Source: an uncultured bacterium (GTDB lineage: Bacteria; CAIJMQ01). Taken from it: DNA of 34,825 nt. Under the pieces are notes generated by a model. That model did not search any database. It saw only the letters and a list, made by a program, of their open reading frames with translations, and was not told where the DNA came from. The stretch lies in contig CAZNJA010000005.1 in the NCBI GenBank assembly GCA_964573245.1, positions 1-34,825 on the forward strand, read 5' to 3'. Position numbers and translations under genes: made by a program. Shown here piece after piece: positions 26,640 through 34,825 of this stretch (its first letter is position 1; each line of letters begins with the position of its first letter).

Positions 26640-28867
26640 TTTGTTCTATTAATTGGTTTATTCATGTCAATTGTAACGATGGTCTCTTTTTTAGATTCAA
26701 TAGTAAAAGTTTCAGAAGCTGCATATAATGGTTTCTGGAAGTTATAGGTAATTATGCCTTTCCTGTCTTCTCGATATATCTCAATATCTGCTTTATATTC
26801 CCCTTTTTCCAATGTGTCTATAGAAAAGCTTCTCTTGTTTAGTTCTCCTTCAAAGAATCCAATAATTCCGTTTTGGTTCCCATGGAAAAGAGTTTTTAAG
26901 GCAAATTTTCCATCTGTTCTTTTTAGTCTTAAGGTCATATAAAGAATTCCTGAAATCGGTATCAATGGTTCAATTAGTTTAAAGGAAACTTTTCCGGCAG
27001 CTTTCAGTTCTATAGTTATGTTAGAGGCTTTGTTGTTCGAAACTTCTATTTCTTTTTTATCTGAAAAAAGATAATCTGAACCTCCAGCCATAATATAGTA
27101 TTTGCCGGGTTTGAGATTTTCAATTGTTATTCCCCCATTCATTATAAACTTATTGTAATAATTATTAAGCATATAATCAGTTTCTGTATAAAGGGCAATA
27201 CTTGATTCTTTTATTGGCTGTTTGGTTTCAGAGCTAATGACTTTAATATTTACTTTGCCGGATTGATTAATCTGAATAAGGATATCTTTCATTTCCGTAT
27301 TTTCTTCAATAGTGATTAAGCCTGTAGCAACTCGATTATCAGAATCATATTTTCCGGCAAGTATAATATACTCACCGGAAGCTAAATTCTCTAATCTAAA
27401 ACTTCCATCAGCTAAAGTTGTAACTTTTTGTAAAGGTCTCCAGAGCCATCCTTTTTCTGGAGCTCCAATATCATCTTTGCTAAAAATTTCACTCCATGCA
27501 GCTTTTTTATATGCTCTAATAAGAATATTAGAAAGAGTTTTTCCTGTCCCAAAGTCTTTCACTACACCACTCAAACTCGCATATGGAAAAGTAAAGTCTA
27601 ACTTGACCTTTTCTCCTTCTAACTCAATTTTTTTCTTAAGATATAGTTTATTTGGATCTGTCCACTTTCCTTTTTGAGCATTGATTTGGTATTCTTTTGA
27701 CTCAAGCCCTATAATTTCGTAATTTCCATTCTTGTCAGTAATGGTGCCGGCAATTACAAACTTCATGGATTCATCAATTACCGAGACTGACACTTCATCT
27801 AAGGGGGTTCCTTTATGCTTAACTGTTCCATAGAGCTTTACACCTTTTTCTGATCCAAAATCTACTTTTTTCATTTCTCCGGGTTTTAAATCTATCTCTT
27901 TTAATCGGTCAAATCTAAGTCCTTCTAATCTTGTTAATCGCCATTTGCCAGATGGAAGATTATCAAATTGGTAATGACCTTTCTCATCAGTAGAGACTTG
28001 ACCATAATGTTCTTCTAGTTCTTCTAAATCTCTTTTTAAATAAAGTTCCATTTGAATATTTGAAAGTGGTTTTTCTGTTTTATCATAAACCGTCCCTTCA
28101 ATTTTCCCTGCAGGGTCTATGGAAAGTTTTAATTCTTTTTGGTTCTTTTCTTGAGATAAGTCAACCTCCAAGAGGCGAGTACTTGAATAATCCGGATGTG
28201 TGACGAGAACATCTAATTTTGTTGGGTTTATACCCGAGAATGAGAATTTTCCTTCCTTATCTGTTTCTGCTTTTTTGACTGAGTAATTTGCCTCATAAGA
28301 GTTTTGCCATGAAAACCATCTGTAATATCCACCTAAAGAATCAAGAAGAGTTACTGTTGCTTCAGAGATGGGTTTCTGTTTAATAGAGTCAACGACAATA
28401 CCTTCTATCGTTACTCCATGTTTTAATATGAAGACAGCATTGAAACTCTTATCAGAACTTGGCTTCACAGTGACCCTGTCTATGTATGCAGGGATAAAAT
28501 CCGGAGCTTCGACAATAACCCTAAGGACTGAGTTAGTGGTTAGGTATAGGATTGAGAATGTTCCGTTTCCATTACGAATAGTAATACCGTTGTGCATTAA
28601 ATCATAGCTTAGTCCTGTTTGGCTGTCTTTTATGTCTTCTGGTTTTTGTTCTTTAGGCATAGCAAGTCTAACAGTGAAATTTCTTATCGGAGCTCCTGAA
28701 CCAGATTCCAGCACTTTCCCGTATATATGACCACTAAAATCGGTTTCTGTAATTGTTCCCTCGTTTTCACAATATGCCGATATCCCTACCAAACTAAATA
28801 AAGTTAACCCGATTATTACATTAACCAAAAACTTTAAACTGATCTTTCTATGATTTTCTTTAAACAT
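26636..28867 (-). CDS. Exported protein with tandem carboxypeptidase-regulatory-like (CnaB/transthyretin-like) domains
   Basis: N-terminal signal/TM segment; repeated GxVxD...PI..A.V...TDxxGxF/Y..L..GxY units. The ATG at 28867 overlaps the upstream stop. Confidence 0.8.
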   Translation of the reverse strand: MFKENHRKISLKFLVNVIIGLTLFSLVGISAYCENEGTITETDFSGHIYGKVLESGSGAPIRNFTVRLAMPKEQKPEDIKDSQTGLSYDLMHNGITIRNGNGTFSILYLTTNSVLRVIVEAPDFIPAYIDRVTVKPSSDKSFNAVFILKHGVTIEGIVVDSIKQKPISEATVTLLDSLGGYYRWFSWQNSYEANYSVKKAETDKEGKFSFSGINPTKLDVLVTHPDYSSTRLLEVDLSQEKNQKELKLSIDPAGKIEGTVYDKTEKPLSNIQMELYLKRDLEELEEHYGQVSTDEKGHYQFDNLPSGKWRLTRLEGLRFDRLKEIDLKPGEMKKVDFGSEKGVKLYGTVKHKGTPLDEVSVSVIDESMKFVIAGTITDKNGNYEIIGLESKEYQINAQKGKWTDPNKLYLKKKIELEGEKVKLDFTFPYASLSGVVKDFGTGKTLSNILIRAYKKAAWSEIFSKDDIGAPEKGWLWRPLQKVTTLADGSFRLENLASGEYIILAGKYDSDNRVATGLITIEENTEMKDILIQINQSGKVNIKVISSETKQPIKESSIALYTETDYMLNNYYNKFIMNGGITIENLKPGKYYIMAGGSDYLFSDKKEIEVSNNKASNITIELKAAGKVSFKLIEPLIPISGILYMTLRLKRTDGKFALKTLFHGNQNGIIGFFEGELNKRSFSIDTLEKGEYKADIEIYREDRKGIITYNFQKPLYAASETFTIESKKETIVTIDMNKPINRTN

Positions 28868-29540
28868 TGTTGGTCTTCTTGTTGGTTTGTTTCTCAAAAA
28901 GTTCTTTCAGTTTCTTAATTCTCTCTTCGGCACGTACTGCATCTTTCAATTTCGGGAATTTTTGTGTTATTTTTGTCAACTCTTCAATTGCTTTAGCCCT
29001 GAATCGAGCTCGCTCTGGTTCAGGGTTGGAATAGTCTTCATTTGCCAGGTAGATATCTACTTTTCGGTTTATGGCAAATATCATGTCGGTGTCTTCTCTG
29101 GCATATTCCTCCATTTTTTCGTAGTATTTGAAAGCGGTGGAGTAGTCTTTTAATTTTTCGTGATAAATATCCGCAAGTTCACAGTAAGCCGTAATGTCGG
29201 ACTTGTCTTCATTTAGGAGTTTCTCGTAAATTTTTATTGCTTCTTCGGTTTTATTCTGTGCAAGTAACGCGCGTGCTTTGGAATAATATTTAGGCTTGGA
29301 GATTTTTTCTCCGGATTGCAAAAGGAATGAAGCGAAAGGTTCACTGATTTGGTCGCCGAACAGGTCCCAGATAATAAAACCGATTAAAAGCAGTGGCAAA
29401 ACGAACAGGGGGACTTTGTATATGGCGTCGTTGCCCGTTGAACTTATGGCAACAATTCTAAGTTTTAAAGCAATAATAACTAAAATAATCAGGGCGATAA
29501 TTTTTAGAAATATAAAAATTTTTCTATCTTCCGATTTCAT
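28860..29540 (-). CDS. Membrane-anchored TPR protein
   Basis: Two TM helices followed by TPR-like repeats (EEAIKIYEKLL, AYCELADIY, AIEELTKITQKFP). Confidence 0.8.
   Translation of the reverse strand: MKSEDRKIFIFLKIIALIILVIIALKLRIVAISSTGNDAIYKVPLFVLPLLLIGFIIWDLFGDQISEPFASFLLQSGEKISKPKYYSKARALLAQNKTEEAIKIYEKLLNEDKSDITAYCELADIYHEKLKDYSTAFKYYEKMEEYAREDTDMIFAINRKVDIYLANEDYSNPEPERARFRAKAIEELTKITQKFPKLKDAVRAEERIKKLKELFEKQTNKKTNNV
28995..29027 (-). mobile_element. 33-nt CCCTGAA..TTCAGGG palindrome in frame in the TPR gene
   Basis: AACCCTGAACCAGAGCGAGCTCGATTCAGGGCT encodes NPEPERARFRA between EDYS and KAIEEL. Confidence 0.75.
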
Positions 29541-29548
29541 TTTTTATT

Positions 29549-30871
29549 TTAAGGGGTCCGATTGTAGGTTGGATTTGTTTTCTGGTGTTTAATTTGTTCC
29601 TCCCCGGTTAAAGGCGGCTCGGCTTTTTTAACTTGGTTTCGTCCTCCTTCTTTTGCGCGATAAAGCGCCTCATCAGCTCTTTTCAATGTCTGTAAAATAC
29701 TTTCGCCTTTATGTTTGGTTGCCACTCCTATGCTTACTGTCAATATCTCTTTTTTGTTTTTTGCCATGGGAATAGATGTTTTTCCCACCGCTTTGTGAAT
29801 CCTTTTTGCTATTGCAACGGCTTTATATAAATTTGTATGCGGGAAAAATATTGCGAGTTCCTCTCCACCATAGCGGCAGGTAATGCCCCTTGGCATTGCA
29901 TATCCGCGCACTACTTGAGCAATAGTGTGCAAAACCCTATCACCGGCTTCATGCCCATATGTGTCATTGATTCTTTTGAAGTAGTCGATGTCTAACATGG
30001 CAACGCAGAATTTGCTTCCCAAGTTGATATTTGCATGCCCATGTATAATATTGTTGCAGAATCCCCTTGTATAAATGTTGAGAACAGGGTCGTATGATAC
30101 TCTGTAAGAAAGTCTTGTGAGCCAGTTGTAAAGGATAATTATTGTTAGTAATAGAGGGGTGGACAACCACACAACATTTTCAATTGCAGTGTTTCTGAAC
30201 ATATGGCCTAAAATGTAATAAAAAGCAAGCCCTGAAATTCCGCCGCCCAAACCATAGTTATTTCTTGAGAAGAACCAGCTTGTTATGATGATTACCGCAC
30301 ATAATGGAAAAATCCAGACCCCATATGTTAAAGCAAAATCAAATATGGCACTTCCTTTTTCTAACAGCAGCATTACCAGCCCCAATTCCGTTGATATGGC
30401 TATTGCGCAAATAATTCTGTTGGTTTCTCTGCGTATGAATCCGGGAACAATGCTTATTATCAACAGATTAAACATTACTAAAAAATACAAAGGTGTCAAA
30501 TGTCCAAAATTTTTGAAGTACGGAGCATTTGCAAGTCTGAATGCGTACAGTATTCCGCTTATCATAAAAAGGTGACCTAAAAGCGAAATCTTTAAATTCG
30601 GGACATGGGGAAAAGATATTATAGTTACAAACAACATTATTGCTAAGCCGAATATATAGTAGAGAAACATAGGCCCTATTCCCAATAAATAACTTGTTTG
30701 AAAAAAAGAAAATTTTTCCGGTTGAGTTATTTGATAATACCATGGGATAGCCAATATCAACGGAAACATCAGGAAAGGCAATAATCCCCATATCTCGGGA
30801 TGGAACGGAGTTTGTGAGGTACGTTTTTTTATATTTAGTAGCCAGAATACAAAAAGCAGAAAAGGTTTCAT
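29549..30871 (-). CDS. Membrane diguanylate cyclase (GGDEF)
   Basis: Multi-pass N-terminus; DIDYFKRINDTYGHEAGD, RYGGEEL and ADEALYRAKEGGRN. No RxxD I-site. Confidence 0.92.
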   Translation of the reverse strand: MKPFLLFVFWLLNIKKRTSQTPFHPEIWGLLPFLMFPLILAIPWYYQITQPEKFSFFQTSYLLGIGPMFLYYIFGLAIMLFVTIISFPHVPNLKISLLGHLFMISGILYAFRLANAPYFKNFGHLTPLYFLVMFNLLIISIVPGFIRRETNRIICAIAISTELGLVMLLLEKGSAIFDFALTYGVWIFPLCAVIIITSWFFSRNNYGLGGGISGLAFYYILGHMFRNTAIENVVWLSTPLLLTIIILYNWLTRLSYRVSYDPVLNIYTRGFCNNIIHGHANINLGSKFCVAMLDIDYFKRINDTYGHEAGDRVLHTIAQVVRGYAMPRGITCRYGGEELAIFFPHTNLYKAVAIAKRIHKAVGKTSIPMAKNKKEILTVSIGVATKHKGESILQTLKRADEALYRAKEGGRNQVKKAEPPLTGEEQIKHQKTNPTYNRTP

Positions 30872-30974
30872 TTTCAGTTATATTATATACTATATATTAG
30901 CAGTTAGTAATTATTTATTGATACGATAGACAATCTTGCAATGGGAGTGTTAAAATAATGGTTAGAAATAAAAA

Positions 30975-31916
30975 ATGAAATTACCTGTAATCACGATAAA
31001 GGGCGAAAACATCGCAGAAATTTGGGAAAAAAGCCTTGTAGCTTTATGGGAAAAAGGTACAGAAAATAAAACCGAATACGATAAAAAGTCAGACCCTCCA
31101 AGTAAAGACGCAACAATGATTATGGCTATAAATCAACCGTTTTCCGAGCCGAGAATTCATCTTGCGTTTCCCGGCGGGATGGAAGATTTGGAAAAATACA
31201 GACAAGAAATAGTTTTTGGTGTTCACGATGATTGGATAAACCCCGAAGAAGGTAAGTGGACATATACTTATCACGATAGACTTTTTAATTATCATTTGCC
31301 GCAGAATCCGAAAGAAGCCGTTCACCCCGTTAGAAGTAGGTCACCTTTAGGTGACCGTACGGAAATGCCAAAGGCACTTCCTACTTCTAACGGGGTGAAT
31401 CAAGTGGAAAAATTAATAGAAAAACTTTCTAGTACTTACTATTCGAGAAGGGCCCAGGCAATTACATGGATACCTTTTTGCGATGCCGATACCAACGATC
31501 CGCCTTGTCTTCAGCGAATATGGTGCAGAATTTTTGAGGAAAACAGCGAACTTTATTTGACGATGAATACACATTGGCGTTCAAGAGATGCTTACAGAGC
31601 GGCTTTTATGAACCTGTTTGGTATTACGGAACTTCAAAAATATATTGCTGAAGAGATTTCCAAGAAAATTGACAGGAAAGTAAATATTGGAAGATATGTG
31701 GATATTTCCGATTCTTATCATATTTATGGGGAAAGTTTTCCCGATTTTAAGAATAGGTTTTTGAATCTTTTGAGCAAGAGAGAATTTTATAATTCAGAGA
31801 TTTCCAAAAGCAGGACTATCAGGAGCGATGACGCGATAGTGGTGCAGGGTTTTGAATACGGGAAAAAACTTTTGGAAATGGAAAAGCAAACAGGCAAAAA
31901 AGGCGCGACATTTTAA
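30975..31916 (+). CDS. thyA: Thymidylate synthase (archaeal-type ThyA)
   Basis: YTYHDRL, SRRAQAITW, DPPCLQ (catalytic Cys), WRSRD and SYHIY. Confidence 0.85.
   Translation: MKLPVITIKGENIAEIWEKSLVALWEKGTENKTEYDKKSDPPSKDATMIMAINQPFSEPRIHLAFPGGMEDLEKYRQEIVFGVHDDWINPEEGKWTYTYHDRLFNYHLPQNPKEAVHPVRSRSPLGDRTEMPKALPTSNGVNQVEKLIEKLSSTYYSRRAQAITWIPFCDADTNDPPCLQRIWCRIFEENSELYLTMNTHWRSRDAYRAAFMNLFGITELQKYIAEEISKKIDRKVNIGRYVDISDSYHIYGESFPDFKNRFLNLLSKREFYNSEISKSRTIRSDDAIVVQGFEYGKKLLEMEKQTGKKGATF
31321..31399. mobile_element. CCCCGTTAGA-family element in frame in thyA
   Basis: Perfect 20-bp inverted repeat TTCACCCCGTTAGAAGTAGG / CCTACTTCTAACGGGGTGAA with two internal hairpins. Confidence 0.9.
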
Positions 31917-32275
31917 ATGAAAGTAAAAAATTAAAATGCCCTTAGAGATTGCAAAGCAATCTCAAGGACTGGGTCCCGGAAATCCTTTGGATTTCTCGGG
32001 GCAAAAGGCAAAATAACAAATCAAAATTAATAATCAATCACCAGACAAAAATTTAGAGAAAAAACAATTTGGTTATTGGAATTTAGGATTTAAATGTTGT
32101 TTAGTCATTGTGTCTTGTTTTTAGCTATTAAGAATATTCTATTTACATTTTAATATGTAATTTCCCTCTGGAATTTCGTGGAAATTCCGAGGACTTAGTC
32201 TCCCTAGAAAGGGACTAAATCCCTGGAATGCTCTGCATTCCTAGGGGTGATATTTGATTTTTGCATTTTACATTG
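31916..32275. repeat. Composite of inverted 7-nt-periodic arms with bipartite hairpin elements at 31938-32002 and 32164-32247
   Basis: AAAAT-type left arm and ATTTT-type right arm, each interrupted by a GC-rich element. 32164-32200 matches 20018-20054 at 35 of 37 nt. Confidence 0.75.
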
Positions 32276-32290
32276 ATTAGGAGGGGTATT

Positions 32291-33172
32291 TTGAAAGTTT
32301 TCGGGATTATTCCGTCAAGATTTGGTTCGACCAGAGCAAGAGGAAAACTTTTGCGTAAAATTTTAGGCAAGCCATTGATTGAATGGGTTTGGCAAAACGT
32401 TTCGAAGATGTCGTTTTTCGAAGGTGTTTTTATTGCAACCGACAGTGAAGAGATAGAAGGCACGGCAAAAAACTTTGGCGGAAAAATAATCAAAACTTCT
32501 TCATTGCATAAATGCGGCACGGACAGAGTAGCAGAAGCCGCCAGAATTCTGGATATTGCCGATGAGGATGTAATTGTTAATATTCAGGCGGACGAGCCGT
32601 TGATTTCTTCTTTATCAATAGAAAATCTTGTATTGTCTTTGAGGAAAGCAAGAACAATCGACATGGCAACATTGGCATATCAATCGTCAAATATAGAAGA
32701 ATTTACTAACAGTAATGTGGTAAAAGTAGTCGTTGATAATAAAAATTTTGCTCTTTATTTTTCGCGTTCACAAATTCCTCATTATCGCAACGGAGTGAAA
32801 AAAGGTTTTACCCCGTTAGAGATAAAAAAGAAAAATTATGACTTATCTAACTGCTTTATAAGTAAAAAGAAAGAGAGCCCGAACCTTAAGCGTAATTTAC
32901 GCTCCGACGTATCGTCGGAGCCATCTCTAACGGGGTTTAAATTTTTGAAACACTTGGGTATATATGCTTATAAAATGGATTTCTTGCAAAAAATTACTAA
33001 CTTACCCCTTTCACAATTGGAAGAAAAAGAAAAATTGGAACAGTTAAGGGTTTTGGAGAACGGCTATAAAATTAAGATTGTAATCAGTTTATTTGATTCC
33101 GAAAGCGTCAATACGGAGGAGGACTTTAAAAAAGTGGAAGATACATTGCAAACGCGGGTTCAAAATAGTTAA
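32291..33172 (+). CDS. kdsB: CMP-KDO synthetase
   Basis: TTG start after AGGAGG; IIPSRFGSTR, GTDRVAEA, NIQADEP, ALYFSRSQIP, KHLGIYAY and EKLEQLRVLENG. Confidence 0.93.
   Translation: MKVFGIIPSRFGSTRARGKLLRKILGKPLIEWVWQNVSKMSFFEGVFIATDSEEIEGTAKNFGGKIIKTSSLHKCGTDRVAEAARILDIADEDVIVNIQADEPLISSLSIENLVLSLRKARTIDMATLAYQSSNIEEFTNSNVVKVVVDNKNFALYFSRSQIPHYRNGVKKGFTPLEIKKKNYDLSNCFISKKKESPNLKRNLRSDVSSEPSLTGFKFLKHLGIYAYKMDFLQKITNLPLSQLEEKEKLEQLRVLENGYKIKIVISLFDSESVNTEEDFKKVEDTLQTRVQNS
32810..32938 (+). mobile_element. 129-nt CCCCGTTAGA-family element in frame in kdsB
   Basis: 14-bp inverted repeat ACCCCGTTAGAGAT / ATCTCTAACGGGGT; internal CTCCGACGTATCGTCGGAG hairpin; adds 43 codons. Confidence 0.9.
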
Positions 33173-33180
33173 CTGTGTAG

Positions 33181-33209
33181 TTGACTATTGATTAGATGTT
33201 TGGTATCTT
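33181..33209 (+). promoter_or_regulatory. Candidate promoter for pilB
   Basis: TTGACT-N17-TATCTT with a preceding TG. Confidence 0.5.
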
Positions 33210-33274
33210 TCCGTTTTAACACTCTCTAAAATACTTGAGTTATTTGGTTTTAGATAAAATAAAGAGCAATTGAT

Positions 33275-34825
33275 ATGAAAAAAAGAGAGCAACAAATATT
33301 TAGAGACACATTGGTAAATATGGGTTTGGTAAGCGAGAAACAGCTTGAAACTGCGCTAAAAGAACAACAAGAAACCAGTGATAGATTAGGCGATATTTTA
33401 GTAAGACTTGAATTCATTAGCAGAGAATCTCTTACTAAAGCGTTAGCTTCCCATTTTGGTTTAGTTCCTATAAACCTTAAAGAATATAATCCCCCCAAAA
33501 AAGTTATTAATCAGGTGTCTGCAACTGTCGCAAGAAGATATAAACTTTTGCCTTTGGAATTCAAAGATGACACTTTGACAGTTGCTTTGGCTGATCCTTT
33601 GGATTTTTTGTCGCTTGATAATCTTGAAAAGATAATAGGTCATAAAATCAACCCCTTATTAGCAAAAGAACAAGATATGGAGCCAAAGCTTACTCAATAC
33701 TATGGGGTAGCGGAGGAAACATTAAGCACCTTAGTTACTGAAATAAGCGAATCAAATTTATCTATCGCGGGATTGGAAAATGTGGAGGAAGACGAAAATC
33801 CCGAAGATGCCCCAATAATAAAATTTGTAAGCATGCTCATTTTGGAAGCGTTCAAAATGAGGTCTTCTGATATTCATGTTGAACCTCTCATTAATAGGCT
33901 TCGTATAAGATATAGGATTGACGGAGTTCTTCAGGAAATGCAAGCACCCCCAAAGAAAATACAAGCTTCTGTTTTGTCTAGAATTAAACTGTTGGCGGGT
34001 ATGAAAATAGAAGAGAAAAGATTGCCGCAAGATGGAAGAATTCTCGTTACTATAATGGGAAAGACACTTGATTTGCGTGTTTCGGCTTTACCTGGTATTC
34101 ACGGGGAATCGATTGTCATGAGGATTCTGGATAAATCAAGCCTTCTGCTTGGGCTTGGAGAGTTAGGTTTTCTGGGTGAAGACCAAAAAAAATGGTCTGA
34201 GGTAATAAAAACGACAAATGGAATCATTTTGGTTACAGGACCGACAGGTTCGGGGAAAACAACTTCTCTTTATGCGGTGCTGAATGAACTTAACACTCCT
34301 GACAAAAAGATTATAACCGTTGAGGACCCGGTGGAATATCAGCTTTCCGGGATAAATCAAGTGCAAGTAAAACCACAGATAGACCTCACATTTGCTAATG
34401 CTCTTAGAAGTATGTTGCGGCAAGCTCCAGATGTTATTCTGGTGGGAGAAATTCGCGACACTGAAACCGCAGAAATAGCAGTTAGGGCGGCATTGACGGG
34501 ACATCTGGTTTTTTCGACTTTGCATACCAATGATTCTGGCAGCGCGCTTACTCGATTGATAGATATGGGAATAAAACCATTTTTGGTATCTTCTTCCGTT
34601 CAGGCAATAATGGCGCAAAGATTGGTTAGAACGATATGCAAGAAATGTGCTGAAGTCTATCAGCCCTCTGAAGACATTCTCGAGGTCATAGAGCAAGAAA
34701 TGGGTAAAGATATACTGAAAACAGCAAGTTTCAAGAGGGGCAGGGGATGCGAGGAATGTAATTCTACAGGATACAAAGGAAGATTGGGGATATTTGAACT
34801 CTTGATTATGTCCGACAAAATAAGA
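33275..34825 (+). CDS. pilB: Type IV pilus / T2SS assembly ATPase PilB/GspE, 3'-truncated by the window edge (absent from the ORF track)
   Basis: Manual translation from ATG 33275: MshEN-like N-terminus, SDIHVEP, RLPQDGR, GPTGSGKTT, EDPVEY, LRQAPDVILVGEIRD, TGHLVFSTLHTN and CxxC..CxxC. Confidence 0.93.
   Translation, partial: MKKREQQIFRDTLVNMGLVSEKQLETALKEQQETSDRLGDILVRLEFISRESLTKALASHFGLVPINLKEYNPPKKVINQVSATVARRYKLLPLEFKDDTLTVALADPLDFLSLDNLEKIIGHKINPLLAKEQDMEPKLTQYYGVAEETLSTLVTEISESNLSIAGLENVEEDENPEDAPIIKFVSMLILEAFKMRSSDIHVEPLINRLRIRYRIDGVLQEMQAPPKKIQASVLSRIKLLAGMKIEEKRLPQDGRILVTIMGKTLDLRVSALPGIHGESIVMRILDKSSLLLGLGELGFLGEDQKKWSEVIKTTNGIILVTGPTGSGKTTSLYAVLNELNTPDKKIITVEDPVEYQLSGINQVQVKPQIDLTFANALRSMLRQAPDVILVGEIRDTETAEIAVRAALTGHLVFSTLHTNDSGSALTRLIDMGIKPFLVSSSVQAIMAQRLVRTICKKCAEVYQPSEDILEVIEQEMGKDILKTASFKRGRGCEECNSTGYKGRLGIFELLIMSDKIR

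Noticed and set aside
29600-29625. CTTTAACCGGGGA near the GGDEF C-terminus as an element end
   Set aside because: Weak match with no partner inverted repeat.
33250-34696. Minus-strand ORFs at the right end of the window
   Set aside because: They are antisense to the plus-strand pilB frame, which the track missed because it has no stop in the window.

Overview
AT-rich bacterial chromosome segment from a diderm (kdsB, FadL-type porin, PilB/GspE). A PVC/Omnitrophota-like origin is an inference from gene content only. Most of the window is housekeeping genes on the minus strand: aspartate aminotransferase, purE, a divergent aroC, greA, purC, GTP-PEPCK, aroA, pheA, scpBA, an M50 protease, yacG, an HNH nuclease, mgtE, an isolated V/A-ATPase A+B pair, recR, ybaB, dnaX, large SRP RNA and a GGDEF protein. 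The plus strand carries an HD-GYP regulator, fadL, thyA, kdsB and a partial pilB. The most striking signal is a layered set of short palindromic elements from several families, with no transposase in the window. They fill the intergenic spaces, nest inside one another without target-site duplication, and sit in frame inside five genes: thyA (+25 aa), kdsB (+43 aa), recR (+11 aa, inside the zinc finger), ATPase A (+11 aa) and a TPR protein (+11 aa). One element also supplies the ATPase B stop codon. A second signal is a stand-alone PD-(D/E)xK nuclease gene between ybaB and recR, bracketed by inverted 7-nt-periodic arms that also occur as empty pairs elsewhere, which suggests a cassette system. 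Also seen: a degenerate two-repeat CRISPR remnant that may provide the mgtE -35 box, a candidate attenuator/riboswitch before pckG, an E. coli-like dnaX -1 frameshift site, and a DUF151 pseudogene. All calls are by eye; no searches were run.
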